Notes: generated from the letters alone by a model not told the origin. 64,000 bases of DNA from Torpedo marmorata (GCA_977017645.1 OZ360232.1:82522001-82586000); one strand, 5' to 3'. Shown: positions 50,723 to 63,221, numbered from the stretch's first letter. Made by a program: numbers and translations.

Positions 50723-51470
50723 CAGGGGTGGGCAACCTTTTACCATGCGTGGGCCGGATGGTGTGTCATTCGCGCATGAGCATAATGTTACCTCACAAAT
50801 AAAACTTAGAGTAAACCAATTTATTTAGCAATATGAAAGAGTAAAATTACATCTCACCTGTAACGGCATTAAATCCTGTTCAGTTATCGGGTTCTGGCTT
50901 TTAAAAAGCAGATGAAACCGACCCACTACTCTTTTCTGCATTGCAGTTTTATCATCCTGCGTCTCAATTTCATGAACTACGTACATCTGTAAATGTCAGA
51001 CCGTTTGCTCTGCGCATGTGCCTAGTCACCTCCAGGACACTGGCGCGGGGGAGTATGGGCTTTGTAGTTCCAAGAGGCAAATGCTTTCCGAACGACATGG
51101 CATTAAAACTACTGTATAAAGTTCGGTAGTTTCTGGTTGATGCTGGACTAAACACAGTACAGGGTCGCTTTTACAGAGTGAGCAGGGGGGGTCAGAGTGT
51201 TTTAAATGGATAGGAAGGTGTGACATGGAGGGGTTATATTAGAATAGTTTTTAGTGTTTTTTCTTTTTTTTTTGTACTTGTTTTTTTTTTTTCTTTTTAT
51301 TTTATTTTGGATTTTTTTTTAGAATAATTACATGTAATAAGACTTTTAACTTATATTTAGAACTTGGTTAAGACAACTTATTTATATATATATACATGGT
51401 ACTTTTGAATTGGGTTGCGGGCTGGATAAATTTGAATCACGGCCCACGGGCCGTAGTATGCCCACCCCTG
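50723..51470. mobile_element. hAT-type MITE
   Basis: Perfect 12-bp TIR CAGGGGTGGGCA and perfect 8-bp TSD GTTTAGTA (50715-50722 and 51471-51478). Confidence 0.93.
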
Positions 51471-51925
51471 GTTTAGTAGGTGCAGTTGGAACAGGCGAGT
51501 TGTTTTGTAGATAACGCACTCTGCAGCCACTGTGGAGAGAATAATTGTGTTGTAGCGGCTGCAATGGCAGCGCTATCGGTATAAAATACGTTCACACAGT
51601 TGGAGAGTGAACCAGTCAGTCTTTATTGTTTGAATCGCTCGCGTTACTGAACAAGGGACGACGCACCTCCGGTCCCCACGCGTCGGTGCCAGGAAGTGAC
51701 GTCAGCACGCTGTGGAGCCACTGCCTACCTAGCGTGGTGACATCCCCTAGGCAATGCGCGTTGCTAAACACGGGCTTCTCCTTAGAAGGGAAGGGGGGCC
51801 CGCGACATCTTGTACCGACCGACTGGGGCGGCAATTCGGCTCGTCTGAACGCGCGGCTGCTCGGCCCGCTACACCACCCTCCCCAGAATCGCTGCCACCC
51901 TTTGAGCCAGTTCCCATACTGTCTT

Positions 51926-54900
51926 TAGGCGGGTGGCCTCTGTGTCAGACTTGGGGAACCGGGACCAGCTGACCTGAGTCCAAATGTGCTGCCTTAAGGC
52001 GGTCAATGGTAAACATGTCCTGCCGCCCGCCAATGTCCAGGGTGAAAACGACGCCGTCGTGATGTAGTACATTGAATAGGCCTTGGTAGGGGCATTGCAG
52101 GGGTGTTCCTTGCTGTCCTCTGCAGACGAAAACGAAATCGGTGGACAGTAAGTACGCAGGGACATGGCAGGGCAGAGCACCGTGCCGGGAAGGTGGCGGA
52201 GGTTTAGGCTTACCCATCTGCTCCCTCAAGCGGTGGAGAACATCTAAAGTACTGGGTTGCAGGCCTGGAGAGTTGAAGTGAATGTCCCCCGGGATGGTGA
52301 GCGGGGAACCGTAAACTATTTTGGCGGACGATGCTGTTCGGTCTTCTTTCGGCGTTGTGCGGATTCCCAACAGCACCCATGGGAGCTCGTCCATCCAGTT
52401 CGGATCTTGTAGTTGGGCTTTCATGGCTGGTTTCAGATGGCGATGAAAACATTCGACAAGTCCGTTTGCCTGAGGATGATAGGCCGTGGTGTGGTGTAAC
52501 TGGCTGCCGCAGAACTTGGCCAGGTTGGACCAGAGCGAGGACGTGAACTGGGCTCCTTGGTCTGAGGTGATGTCGGTTGGGACGCCGAAACGTGCGACCC
52601 AATTGGACAAAAAGGCTCTGGCACACGTCTCTGTGTCACACGTGGGCAGGGTCACCGCTTCTGGCCAACGGGTAAAACGGTCGACTATTGTGAATAGATA
52701 CCGCATACCTTGGCTCATGGGGAACGGACCCACGATGTCCACGTGCATGTGGTCGAAACGGCGTTGCATCAGGGCAAAGCTCTGGAGCGGGGCTTTGGTG
52801 TGCCTGTGTACTTTGGTGTGTTGGCAGTCCAAACATGTCTTAGCTTGTCTTAGCCGTGCTACATGAACTTGTCGGACAGCAGGCGGACCATGGACCTTAT
52901 CGAAGGGTGCGATAGGCCGTGAATTTGGTCAAACACCCGCTGTCGCCAGGTCGCGGGTAGGATGGGTCTAGGGAAACCTGTGGATATGTCGCACAACAAA
53001 GTCGGGCTCCCTGGCAAAGGACAGAAATCGCCAACCTTCAGGCTGGTGATGGCAGTCCGGTAGGCCTGGACGTACGCATCCTCTGCCTGGTCTTTTGTCA
53101 GTTGGGCAACGTCGAGTCCTCCAGAGGTGGTGGAAATGGCCGGTCTGGAAAGAGCGTCGGCTACTACATTGGACTTGCCTGCAATGTGGCGAATGTCCAT
53201 AGTATACTCAGAAATGTACGAGAGGTGTCATTGTTGTCTCGCGGGCCATGGGTCTGAGACCTTGCTGAGTGCATGCGTCAATGGCTTGTGGTCTGTGTAG
53301 GCGGCGAAAACCCTTCCCTCTAACATGTACCGGAAATGTCGTATTGCCAGGTACAGGGCCAACAGCTCACTGTCGAACGCGCTGTATTTGAGTTCTGGCG
53401 TTCGGAGATGTTTTCTGAAGAAGGCCAGGGGGCGCCACTGCCCATTGACACACTGCTCCAGCACCACGCCGACCGCTCTGTCTGAAGCGTCTGTTGTAAG
53501 GGCCAGGGGGGAGGAAGAGTCAGGGTGAGCCAGAAACGTGGCCTCCGCCAATGCAGCTTTGGTTGCCTGGAATGCTTCCACGGCTTCGTGTGTCCACTGG
53601 AGTGCCTTGTCGCCGAGTTTGATGAGGTCGAACAGTCGTTGCATGAGGGTGGCTGCTCCTGGGAGGAAACGATGATAAAAGTTCACCATCCCTAGGAATT
53701 CCTGTAGGCCTTTGACCGTGTTCGGTCTAGGGAAACGCTGGATGGCTTCTACCTTGACCGGAAGGGGCGTGGCCCCCTCGCAGGTGATACGGTGTCCCAG
53801 GAAATCAATTGTCTCCCGGCCAAATTGGCATTTAGCCGGGATCACTGTAAGTCTGAACTCCTCCAACCTGTCGAATGGACGGATCAGGTGCGTTCTGTGC
53901 GTGTTGGCGTCAGGACTGGCGATGAGGATATCATCCAGGTAGATGAAGATGAATTCGAGGTCCCTGCCGACCACGTCCATGAGACACTGAAATGTCTGGG
54001 CTGCGTTTTTTAATCCGAAAGGCATTCGAAGGAATTTGAATAGGCTGAAAGTTGTAATGATAGCCATCTTCTGGACGTCGTTGGGATGCACCGGAATTTG
54101 ATGGTACCCTTTGATGAGGTCCACCTTGGAGAAAATTCGGCAACCTTGGAGCCTTGTGGCAAAGTCTTGGACATGTTGGATGGGATATCTGTTCAGGACC
54201 GTGACATCATTGAGTCATCTGTAGTCACCACATGGGTGCCAACCGCCGGAGTTCTTCTGGACCATGTGAAGCGGGGAGGCCCAGGGGCTGATTGAACGGC
54301 GGACAATACCCAACTCTTCCATGGTGGTAAACTCGGTCTTAGATTGGAGAAGTTTGTCCTGCGGGAGGCGCCATGCCCGAGCGTACACTGGTGGTCTGGT
54401 GGTTTCGATGTGGTGCTTCACGCCATGTGCTGGCTTAGCGTCGTGGAAATTGGGGGCCAACAGTGACGGGTACTTGGCCAGTAAAATGGCATATTCATTG
54501 CTGTCTAGAGCGTGGATGCCCAATGGCAAAAAGGAACATTGCCGTAGTGTGAGGGGGTACGACTGGAACGTGGTAGCGTTGACCAAATGGCACCTGTTCA
54601 TGTCTACTAAAAGCTCATGTGCCCGGAGGAAATCGGCTCCGAGCAAGGCTTGTCCAACGGACGCAATCGTACACTCCCAGTGGAAAATAGTTTCTGCGGC
54701 ATGGATTTTGACTAGACAGGTGCCGAAACTTGGGATGGAAGAGCCATTGGCTGCCTGTAGGGGGAGGCCCTTAGCATTGTGCTTGAGCTTGAAGTACGTC
54801 GGCGGGATGAGGCTTATCTCCGCACCCATGTCGACTAGGAAATTTCTCCTTGTCTGCTGGTCCCTTAGATACAGCAGGCCCTTATGCGTGCCAACCATCG

Positions 54901-55683
54901 AGGCCACTATCGGCGGCTGGCCTGTTCATTTCCTGTCACTGCGCTTGACTTGGCATTGGGGTACGAGCAGGGGGGGAAGCATCGCTGGGCGTTGCAGCCC
55001 CATCTGCGGTGGTAGAAACAATACCCGCTCCGCTTGTCGGAGAGCTCGTGGTGCTACGGTTGGGCCGCGGCTACTGCTGGTGGGCCCAGCTGGGAGGCAA
55101 ACTCTGGTACCTGGGTTGCACCGGAGGCGCCGACGGCGTAGATTGGTTGCGCGTGTATGGAGCTCTGTTGCAGGGTGCGGAAAAGTCTGTCTGCTCTCTT
55201 GGCTACCAAGTGCGGGACGCTGAAATCCATGCTCGATACTGTCGAGGAAACGTGCACCGGTAGTTTGGAGAGGAACAGGGCCTCGAACAGGAAACAGTCT
55301 GTGTGCCCGTCTTCTAAAGCCACCATTTCATGCATGAGCTCGGAGGGATTTCTATCGCCCAGGCCTTGCATATTCAGGATACAGACGGTGCACTCGTGCT
55401 GGCTGAGCTCTAGGTAGTCGAGGAGGAGACGCCGGAATTGTTCGTACTTACGCTCCATTGGAGGATTTTCCATGAAGGAGCTTACTTTGGCTGGGGTGGC
55501 GGCATCCAAGGTGCTGACGACGTGCCAGAACTTGGTGTCTTCCGAGACAATGCCTCTGAGCTGGAACTGTGACTTGGCCAGATGTAACCAGTTCCTGGGC
55601 TGGTTGGTCCAGAAGGGCGGCAAATGTACGCCCACAGCATTAGTCACAGCCATTGCGACTGGAGCGGTAGCGGCATCTTGCAC
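51926..55683 (-). pseudogene. CsRN1-type gag and pol (PR, RT, RH, IN) with stops and frameshifts
   Basis: Gag LPPFW and the CHCC motif CFYHRRWGCNAQRCFPPC; LVDMGA, YLDD, TDASD, HVDIVGP, SDQG and NGLVE. Confidence 0.92.
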
Positions 55684-55717
55684 TTTGTCGAGGTGGGTTC
55701 CAAAAACTTTTGAACCA

Positions 55718-55729
55718 TCGGGGTCACCA
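55718..55729 (-). promoter_or_regulatory. Primer-binding site for tRNA-Trp
   Basis: Minus strand TGGTGACCCCGA, 1 nt from the 5' LTR. Confidence 0.85.
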
Positions 55730-57245
55730 CTATAGCGGCTGCAACGGCAGCGCTATCGGAATAAAATACATTCACACAGTTGGAGAGTGAACCAGTAAGT
55801 CTTTATTGTTTGAATCGCTTGCGCTACTGAACAAGGGACGACGCACTTCTGGTCCCCACGCGTCGGTGCCAGGAAGTGATGACAGCACGCTGTGGAGCCG
55901 CTGCGTACCTAGCGTGGTGATGTCCCCTAGTCAACGTGCATCGCTAAACGCGGGCTTCTCCTTAGAAGGGAAGGGGGGCCCGCGACATCTTATGCCGACC
56001 TACTAGGGTGGCGATTCGGCTTGTCTGAACGCTCGGCCGCTCAGCCCGCTACAGTGTGGAGTAATTAATGGGGTACAATCAGTGAACAGTTTTATCCGAG
56101 ATGGTTTTGAGCTTCTTGTTGTTATTAAGTATTGTTGGAGGGCAATCACTGTGGCAAGTGGAGTGTATTTCATCACACTACCAACTTGTAGATAAAATGA
56201 AAGTTTGCAGATGTTACAAATTCAAACCAGCAACGACAGAAGACGCAATACAAAAGGGGTAAAATTGAAATTATTATTTATGAAACACAAGTAAACATAT
56301 AATTTCACAACAATTAACCCCACTATAAACGTCTATAAACTCTATTCTTATCTAAAAGGTGTATGTGTGTGTGTGTAAAGCCCAGACCATTACAGTCTGA
56401 GCCCAACTCTTATGTAAAAATGGAAAAACTTTCCCCAAAAACCCCAGGTCAGTCAGAAAAAACAAGTCAGTCAAAAAAAAGGATAATACAGTCGACAAAA
56501 TCCACTCTCTAAGTTCAGGCTTCAATTCAGCTTTTTCTCTGTGTCTGGTAGAAGTACTTCTGAATGAACGTTGGAGAGAGACAATGACTGTTTATGCTTA
56601 CAAATACTTGTTTTCTTCTCTGATGACGTCCCCTTCTTGTAGGTTCATAAGGATTGCAAGTTCCAGATCAGTATACCACTGATTTAGGCGTATGCTTGAA
56701 TCTCACAGCTAGTCTCGCTGATCTCACGCCTGTTCTCCACAGAAGTTGCTTTTTCTCAGAATTTCTCTGAGACAAGAGGCCATGTGCTATTTTGTCAGTC
56801 TTTTCTCTGACTTCACACAAGCCTGGATCTGGCTGTGTCTTGTAGCCTTTGCAACTCACAACTGTGTGCTTTGCAGAGATCTGCCCCTGCTTTTTGCAGA
56901 AGTGAAACAAATGTATCTTGTCTAGCCTGTCTCTCTCTCTCTGGTCTCTCTCTGTCTGGGTACACCAAGAGTGCAACAATGTATCTTGTCTGGGTACACC
57001 AAGTAGCTGGGGAAGTTAACTCTTTCAGTACCTGGCCCCAGTGTATACTCCAAAAGACTTCATCCTTCCTGCTGACCGTCCGCAGTCCAAATGGTCAGTC
57101 ATGGTCCATAACACCTCCCACCCACAAAGGAAATTTTGGTCTGCAAGAACAAAATTTAGGAAAGTAAGTGAGGTGTCAGAATATAAACAAAATCTACAAT
57201 GTTCATCCACAAATACAAAATATGAACTATTTTCATTGATAAAGT

Positions 57246-60200
57246 TTAACATCTAGAAAGACAATCAGCAATTACATTATCTCTCCCTTTTATATGAGTG
57301 ATTACCAAATTATATTCTTGCAAAATTAGACTCCAACTCAATAACCGTCGATTCTTATTTTTCATTTTACAAAGAAAAACCAATGGATTATGGTCAGTAT
57401 ACACTATGAGTGGTTTTTGAGCTGTACAGATATACACATCAAAGTGTTGTAGAGCCAACACAAGAGCCAACAACTCTTTCTCTATAGTTGAATAATTCCT
57501 TTGATGATCATTGAACTTCTTTGAGAAGTAGGATACCGGATGGTCAATGTCCTCTTCGTTCTTCTTCTGTAACAGCACCGCACCCACAGCTTCATCGCTC
57601 GCATCCACGGCTAAAGAAAACGACTGTTCTAAATTAGGTGACTTAAGCACAGGTTGGTGGCATAACATGGCTTTCAATTTGACAAATGCTTCCTGACAAC
57701 CTGTTGACCATACAAATTTTTCTTTCTTTCTAAGCAAATTTGTGAGAGGGAGCGCAAGATCAGCAAAGTTTTTACAGAACTTGCGGTAGTAGCCAATCAT
57801 TCCCAGGAACCTCCTCAGAGTTTTCTTACCAGTTGGAACAGGGAACTCGGAAATAGCGACAACCTTTTCCTCTACTGGTGCCAACTGCCCCTGTCCTACT
57901 ACATAACCCAGAGAATTAACAGTCCCATGACTCTCTCTGAAACTGGTTCTATCTGTCTCCTCCTTACCCCTGTCAATAACCAGTACCTCTGGTAAATTTT
58001 CAGTCCCTTTGTGTGGCACCAGTTCAAAATATGGCTTAATCATATTCACATGACAGACCTGTGTGTCTCGTCTGCGATTAGGTGTTTCTATGACATAGGT
58101 GACATCATTAATTTTTGACTTAACTCTATAGGGTCCTGAAAATCTAGCCCTAAGATGATTTGAATGGATGGGAAAGAGAACTAATACGTTCTCACCAGGT
58201 TTAAAAGTTCTCATCTTCGCCTTTCGATCATACCAAACCTTCATTCTCTGTTGAGTGGCCTTTAAATTCTCCTTTGCCATCTCACAAGCCCTATGTAACC
58301 GATCCTTAAATTTGGAAACATAATCTAACAGATTTAAATGCACATCACGATTAATCCACTGTTCTTTTAATAATCTTAAAGGACCTCTCTCCTCATGTCC
58401 GAAAACTAACTCAAATGGACTAAAACCAAGCGAATCTTGGACAGACTCCCTTGCTGCAAATAACAACAAATGAACCCCCTCATCCCAATCCTTTTCCTTC
58501 TCACAACAATAGGTTCTAATCATGGTTTTCAAAGTCGAATGGAAACTCTCCAAGGCCCCTTGACTTTCTGGATGGTACGCAGAGGATACAATCTGTTGAA
58601 CTCCTAGTCCATCAACCACTTGTTGGAAAACGCCTGACATGAAATTACTGCCCTGATCTGATTGAATTTCCCTTGGCAAACCTACCAAGGTGAAAAACTT
58701 TACCATAGCCTTTACAATTGACTTTGCTTTAATGTTTCTCAGAGGAATGGCCTCTAGAAATCTCGTGGCTGCACACATAATTGTTAACAAATACTCATTC
58801 CCCGCTTTGGTTTTGGGCAATGGGCTAACACAGTCCACAATTACTCTCGAGAAAGGCTCACTGAAAGCAGGGATAGGTTGCAAGGGTGCCTTCGGGGGAC
58901 CCTGATTAGGTTTACCCACCACCTGACAAGTGTGACAGGCCCAGCAAAAGCTTACAACCTCCCTTCTTAAACTGGGCCAATAAAATTGTTTCATTATCTT
59001 CCGTATAGTTTTCTTCACCCCAAGATGACCACCTAAGGGTGTACTATGAGCCAAAGTTATTATTGCATCCCTATATACTTTAGGGATCACAATCTGCTGC
59101 ACTACTGCCCATTCTTCATTGGCAGGAACATCACATGTTCTCCACTTTCTCATCAACACCCCATCTTTTTCATAATAACCCACTGGCACCTTTTTAATCT
59201 CCTCTTCAGAGAGAACCTTATCCCTCACCTCAGCAAGATCAGGATCGTCCTGTTGCCTTGCTATTAACTCCTGTCGGGATAGTGACAAATCTGTGCCTTT
59301 AGGTGTCTTATCAGTGGATGGGTGTAACATAGGAGATTGCTCAACCTTTTCCAGGTTTTCTTGATTATCACTGTCTTTTTCTTTCACTAAGTTATTTTCC
59401 TCTGCCTTCTCTACAGTGACATTTTTCTTAGACATGGCCCTGGTTATGGCACATGCCGGATAAATATCAGAGTCTTTCTCTGACTTATCAATGACTAGCT
59501 TAGTGGTCATTCGCACTGCAGGAACTATTTTACCCTTGGCCAAGTCATTGCCTAACAACAGTGAGACTCCTTCTACTGGCAACTCTGATCTCACTCCTAT
59601 TATAACTGGTCCTTCCACCAAGTCTGAGTCCAATACTATTTTGTGCAAAGGAATGGACTCTACCTCACCACCAATTCCTTTTATTAAATTTATGTCACCG
59701 GTGTCAGTAGCTTCACAAAATTCCAAGACACTATCTAACACAAGTGACTGAGCAGCTCCAGTATCTCGCAAGATTTTCACTGGCACTTGTTTTGATCCTG
59801 CCTTAACTGAAACAAAACCATCAGTCACAAAAGGGTTAAATACATTTTTAACTTTGTCAGTAAATTTATCTCCTTCCTGGGTGTTATGCATCTTCTCACT
59901 CTGAATACAAGCATTAGGTGTTGCATCCTTTTCTCTCTTCTTTTTCAACACTGGACAGCTTGCTATTATATGACCAGCCTTCCTACAGTAGTGGCAAATG
60001 GGACCCGAATTGTTTTCCCTTTTCCATTTTCCTTCATCCCTTTCCTTAACACCACCTCCAAATTTACTTTCCACTTGCTTCTGATTATCCACCGTGACCT
60101 TTTGGAAAATTCTACCTGACGTCCACTTAGGCTTGTGGGTTAAAGCATATTCATCTGCTAACTTAGCTGAATTTTGCCAAGTTTTCACCTCCTTTTCATC

Positions 60201-61079
60201 TCAGTATGCCTTAATATCCTCAGGAACACACCTTTTTATCTCCTCGATTATTATCAATTCTCTCAATTGATTGTAATCATTGTTTACTTCCTTAGATGTG
60301 CACCACCTGTCAAAACACACAAATTTTTCATAGGCAAACTCTGTATAAGATTGGGTTGCTGATCTTTTTAAATTTCTAAACTTCTGTCTATAAGCCTCTG
60401 GAACTAACTCATAAGCCTGGAGTATAGCCTTTTTCACCGTTTCATAATCAGCAGCTTGTTCCGTGGTAAGAGTACAATAAGCTTGCTGAGCTTTTCCTTT
60501 TATTACACTTTGTAACATAAGAGACCATTGGTCTTGTGGCCATTTTAATTTCACAGCCACTTTCTCAAAATGTTGGAAGTACTTATCTATTTCTGCCTCC
60601 TCAAATGGAGGAACCAACCTAACTTCTCTACTAGCCAAAAACCCCTCAGCAGGATGACGAATTTGATCTTGGTGCTCTTCTTGTCTCCTCTCATTTTCCA
60701 ACCTCATTTTTTCCAGCATATATATCCTATTTTTCTCCTCGTTCTCTAAGTCTAATCTCTTCTGTTCCCTGGCTACCTCCAATTCTAATTTCCTTTGTCC
60801 CAATTCTAATTTCTTTTGTTCCCTGGCTGCCTCCAATTTCTTTAGTTCCAACTGTATGTTTTCAGAAGGTTTACCCTTGGGAAACTGTTCTAACATGCAC
60901 TCCTCAAACTTTTTTTCTTTTATATAGTATTTGACTATTTTTCTCCCAATCTCTGCCTTTTTCATTGATGGTTTTACAGAAGCAATGCCCAACTCTGTTG
61001 CTATAGCCACTAACTGTTCCTTTTTCGCCTTTTTTAAAGTATCAGGTTCAGGTGATTCCAAAAAATGTTCTACATCCAT
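57246..61079 (-). pseudogene. Gag-PR-IN-(RT core deleted)-RNase H polyprotein, one in-frame TGA at 60201-60203
   Basis: CHYCRKAGHIIASC, LRDTGA, H...H/CHTC, VDCV, SDQGSNF, GALES and GPY, followed almost directly by LGYVVGQG, FLGMIGYYRKF, VDASD, YSTIEKE, TDHNPL and ADCLSR. No YxDD is present. Confidence 0.92.
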
Positions 61080-61184
61080 TGTTGCTGGTTTTTTGTTACA
61101 CACACACTAGCTTTTAATTAGCTTTACCAAAAGGAATGCCTTAAACCAAACTGGGATTCCTTCAATTACCAAGATGGATTTTGA

Positions 61185-61207
61185 TTCAAATCCCGGACGA
61201 GCCCCCA
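61185..61207 (-). promoter_or_regulatory. Primer-binding site for tRNA-Pro
   Basis: Plus strand TTCAAATCCCGGACGAGCCCCCA equals the tRNA-Pro 3' end plus CCA; it lies 3 nt from the 5' LTR. Confidence 0.92.
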
Positions 61208-62972
61208 ATTTGTTACAAATTCAAACCAGCAACAACAGAAGACGCAATGCAAAAGGGGTAAAATTGAAATTATTATTTATTAAACACAAGTAAACATATA
61301 ATTTCACAACAATTAACCCCACTATAAACGTCTATAAACTCTATTCTTATCTAAAAGGTGTATGTGTGTGTGTGTAAAGCCCAGACCATTACAGTCTGTG
61401 CCCAACCCTTATGTAAAAATGGAAAAACTTTCCCCAAAAACCCCAGGTCAGTCAGAAAAAACAAGTCAGTCAAAAAAAAGGATAATACAGTCGACAAAAT
61501 CCACTCTCTAAGTTCAGGCTTCAATTCAACTTTTTCTCTGTGTCTGGTAGAAGTACTTCTGAATGAACGGTGGAGAGAGACAATGACTGTTTATGCTTAC
61601 AAATACTTGTTTTCTTCTCTGATGATGTCCCCTTCTTGTAGGTTCATAAGGATTGCAAGTTCCAGATCAGTACACCACTGATTTAGGCGTATGCTTGAAT
61701 CTCACAGCTAGTCTCGCTGATCTCACGCCTGTTCTCCACAGAAGTTGCTTTTTCTCAGAATTTTTCTGAGACAAGAGGCCATGTGCTATTTTGTCAGTCT
61801 TTTCTCTGACTTCACACAAGCCTGGATCTGGCTGTGTCTTGTAGCCTTTGCCACTCACAACTGTGTGCTTTGCAGAGATCTGCCCCTGCTTTTTGCAGAA
61901 GTGAAACAAATGTATCTTGTCTAGCCTGTCTCTCTCTCTCTGGTCTCTCTCTGTCTGGGTACACCAAGAGTGCAACAATGTATCTTGTCTGGGTACACCA
62001 AGTAGTTGGGGAAGTTAACTCTTTCAGTACCTGGCCCCAGTGTATACTCCAAAAGGCTTCATCCTTCCTGCTGACCGTCCGCAGTCCAAGTGGTCAGTCA
62101 TGGTCCATAACACAGATGACATAAAGATTGGAGCGAGGAAGGCTTTCAAAGCATGCAAAGAGATCTGGGTCAGCTGGAAAAATGAGCTGCAAAATGGCAG
62201 TTGGAATTTAATGTGGACAAATGTGAGGTGTTGCACTTTGGAAGGACAAACCAAGGTGGAAGATACACTGAAAGCAATAGGGCACTGAGGAGTGCGGTAG
62301 AGCAGAGAGATCTGGGAATACAGATACATAATTCCATGAAAGTGGCATCACAGGTAGATAGTGTCGTAAAGAGAGATTTTGGCACTTGGCACTTAGAAAT
62401 CAAAGTATTGAGCAGAGGAGTTGGGATGTTATGGTGAACTTGTATAAGACATTGGTGAGGCCGAATTTGGAGTATTGTGTGCAGTTTTGGTTGCCTAACA
62501 ACAGGAAGGATATTAATAAGATTGAAAGAGTGCGGAGGAGATATACAAGGACGTTGTCAGGACTTAAAGAACTGTGTTACAAGGAAAGAATAAAAAGGTT
62601 AGAAGTTTATTCAATGGAACATAGAAGAATGAGGAGAGATTTGATTGAGGTATACAAAATTATAATGGGTATCGATAGATTAAATGCAAGCAGGCTTTTC
62701 CCGCTGAGGTCAGGTGAGATAAAAACTAGAGGACATGAGTTAAGGGTGAAAGGGGAAAAGTTTAAAGGGAACATTAGGAGGAACGTCTTCACGCAGCATG
62801 TGGTGGGAGTGTGGAATAAGTTGCCAGCTGAATTGGAAAATGCAGGCTCAATTTTGACATTTAAAAAAAATGTGGACAAGTACATGGACGGGAGGCTATA
62901 GAGGGGTGTGGTCCGGGTGCAGTTCAGTGGGACTAGGCAGAATAATAGTTCGGCATAGACTAGAAGGGCCAA

Positions 62973-63221
62973 TACAGCACCAATAGCCTGAATACGACTG
63001 GGATTGTCTGATCTCTGAAGCTAAGCAGGCACAGGATTGGTCAGTACTTGGAGGGGAGACCGCCAAGGAACACCAGGTGCTGTAGGTTTCTGAGGGGCAC
63101 TGGACAAAATAGCGACCCTCTGTCTGCCTTACAGTAGACAAAAATTAAAGAATTTCATGTATGTTACATTCTAAATGTGGTATTACGTGACAATAATGGA
63201 ACCTTTACCTTTACCTTTACC
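62973..63221 (+). mobile_element. 5S rRNA-derived SINE (SINE3)
   Basis: Head GTCTGATCTCTGAAGCTAAGCAGG...TGGTCAGTACTTGGAGGGGAGACCGCC...GGTGCTGTAGG is 5S-like with A, IE and C boxes. A short body ends in TGACAATAA and (ACCTTT)3. It is inserted in the CR1 3' UTR. Confidence 0.9.

Larger units (their letters stand above)
51551..56053 (-). mobile_element. Full-length CsRN1-clade Gypsy element, decayed
   Basis: 323-bp LTRs at 51551-51873 and 55731-56053 (about 31 mismatches by eye), TSD GTGT, PPT at about 51874-51885 and a tRNA-Trp PBS. Confidence 0.95.
56212..62112 (-). mobile_element. Gmr1-type Gypsy element (integrase upstream of RT/RNase H), internally deleted
   Basis: 902-bp LTRs at 56212-57113 and 61211-62112 (roughly 14 mismatches by eye), TSD CAGA, PPT at about 57114-57124 and a tRNA-Pro PBS. 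Confidence 0.96.

Noticed and set aside
54321-55223. 300-aa plus-strand ORF
   Set aside because: It is an antisense shadow of the GC-rich CsRN1 gag-protease region with no recognisable domain.
60201-60203. TGA between the two Gmr1 ORFs as programmed readthrough
   Set aside because: It lies inside gag before the zinc knuckle (AY*DEK, probably from a Leu codon); best explained as a nonsense mutation.
62973-63090. Functional 5S rRNA gene
   Set aside because: It is diverged from 5S, is not in a tandem array, is fused to a retroposon tail, and is inserted in a CR1 3' UTR.
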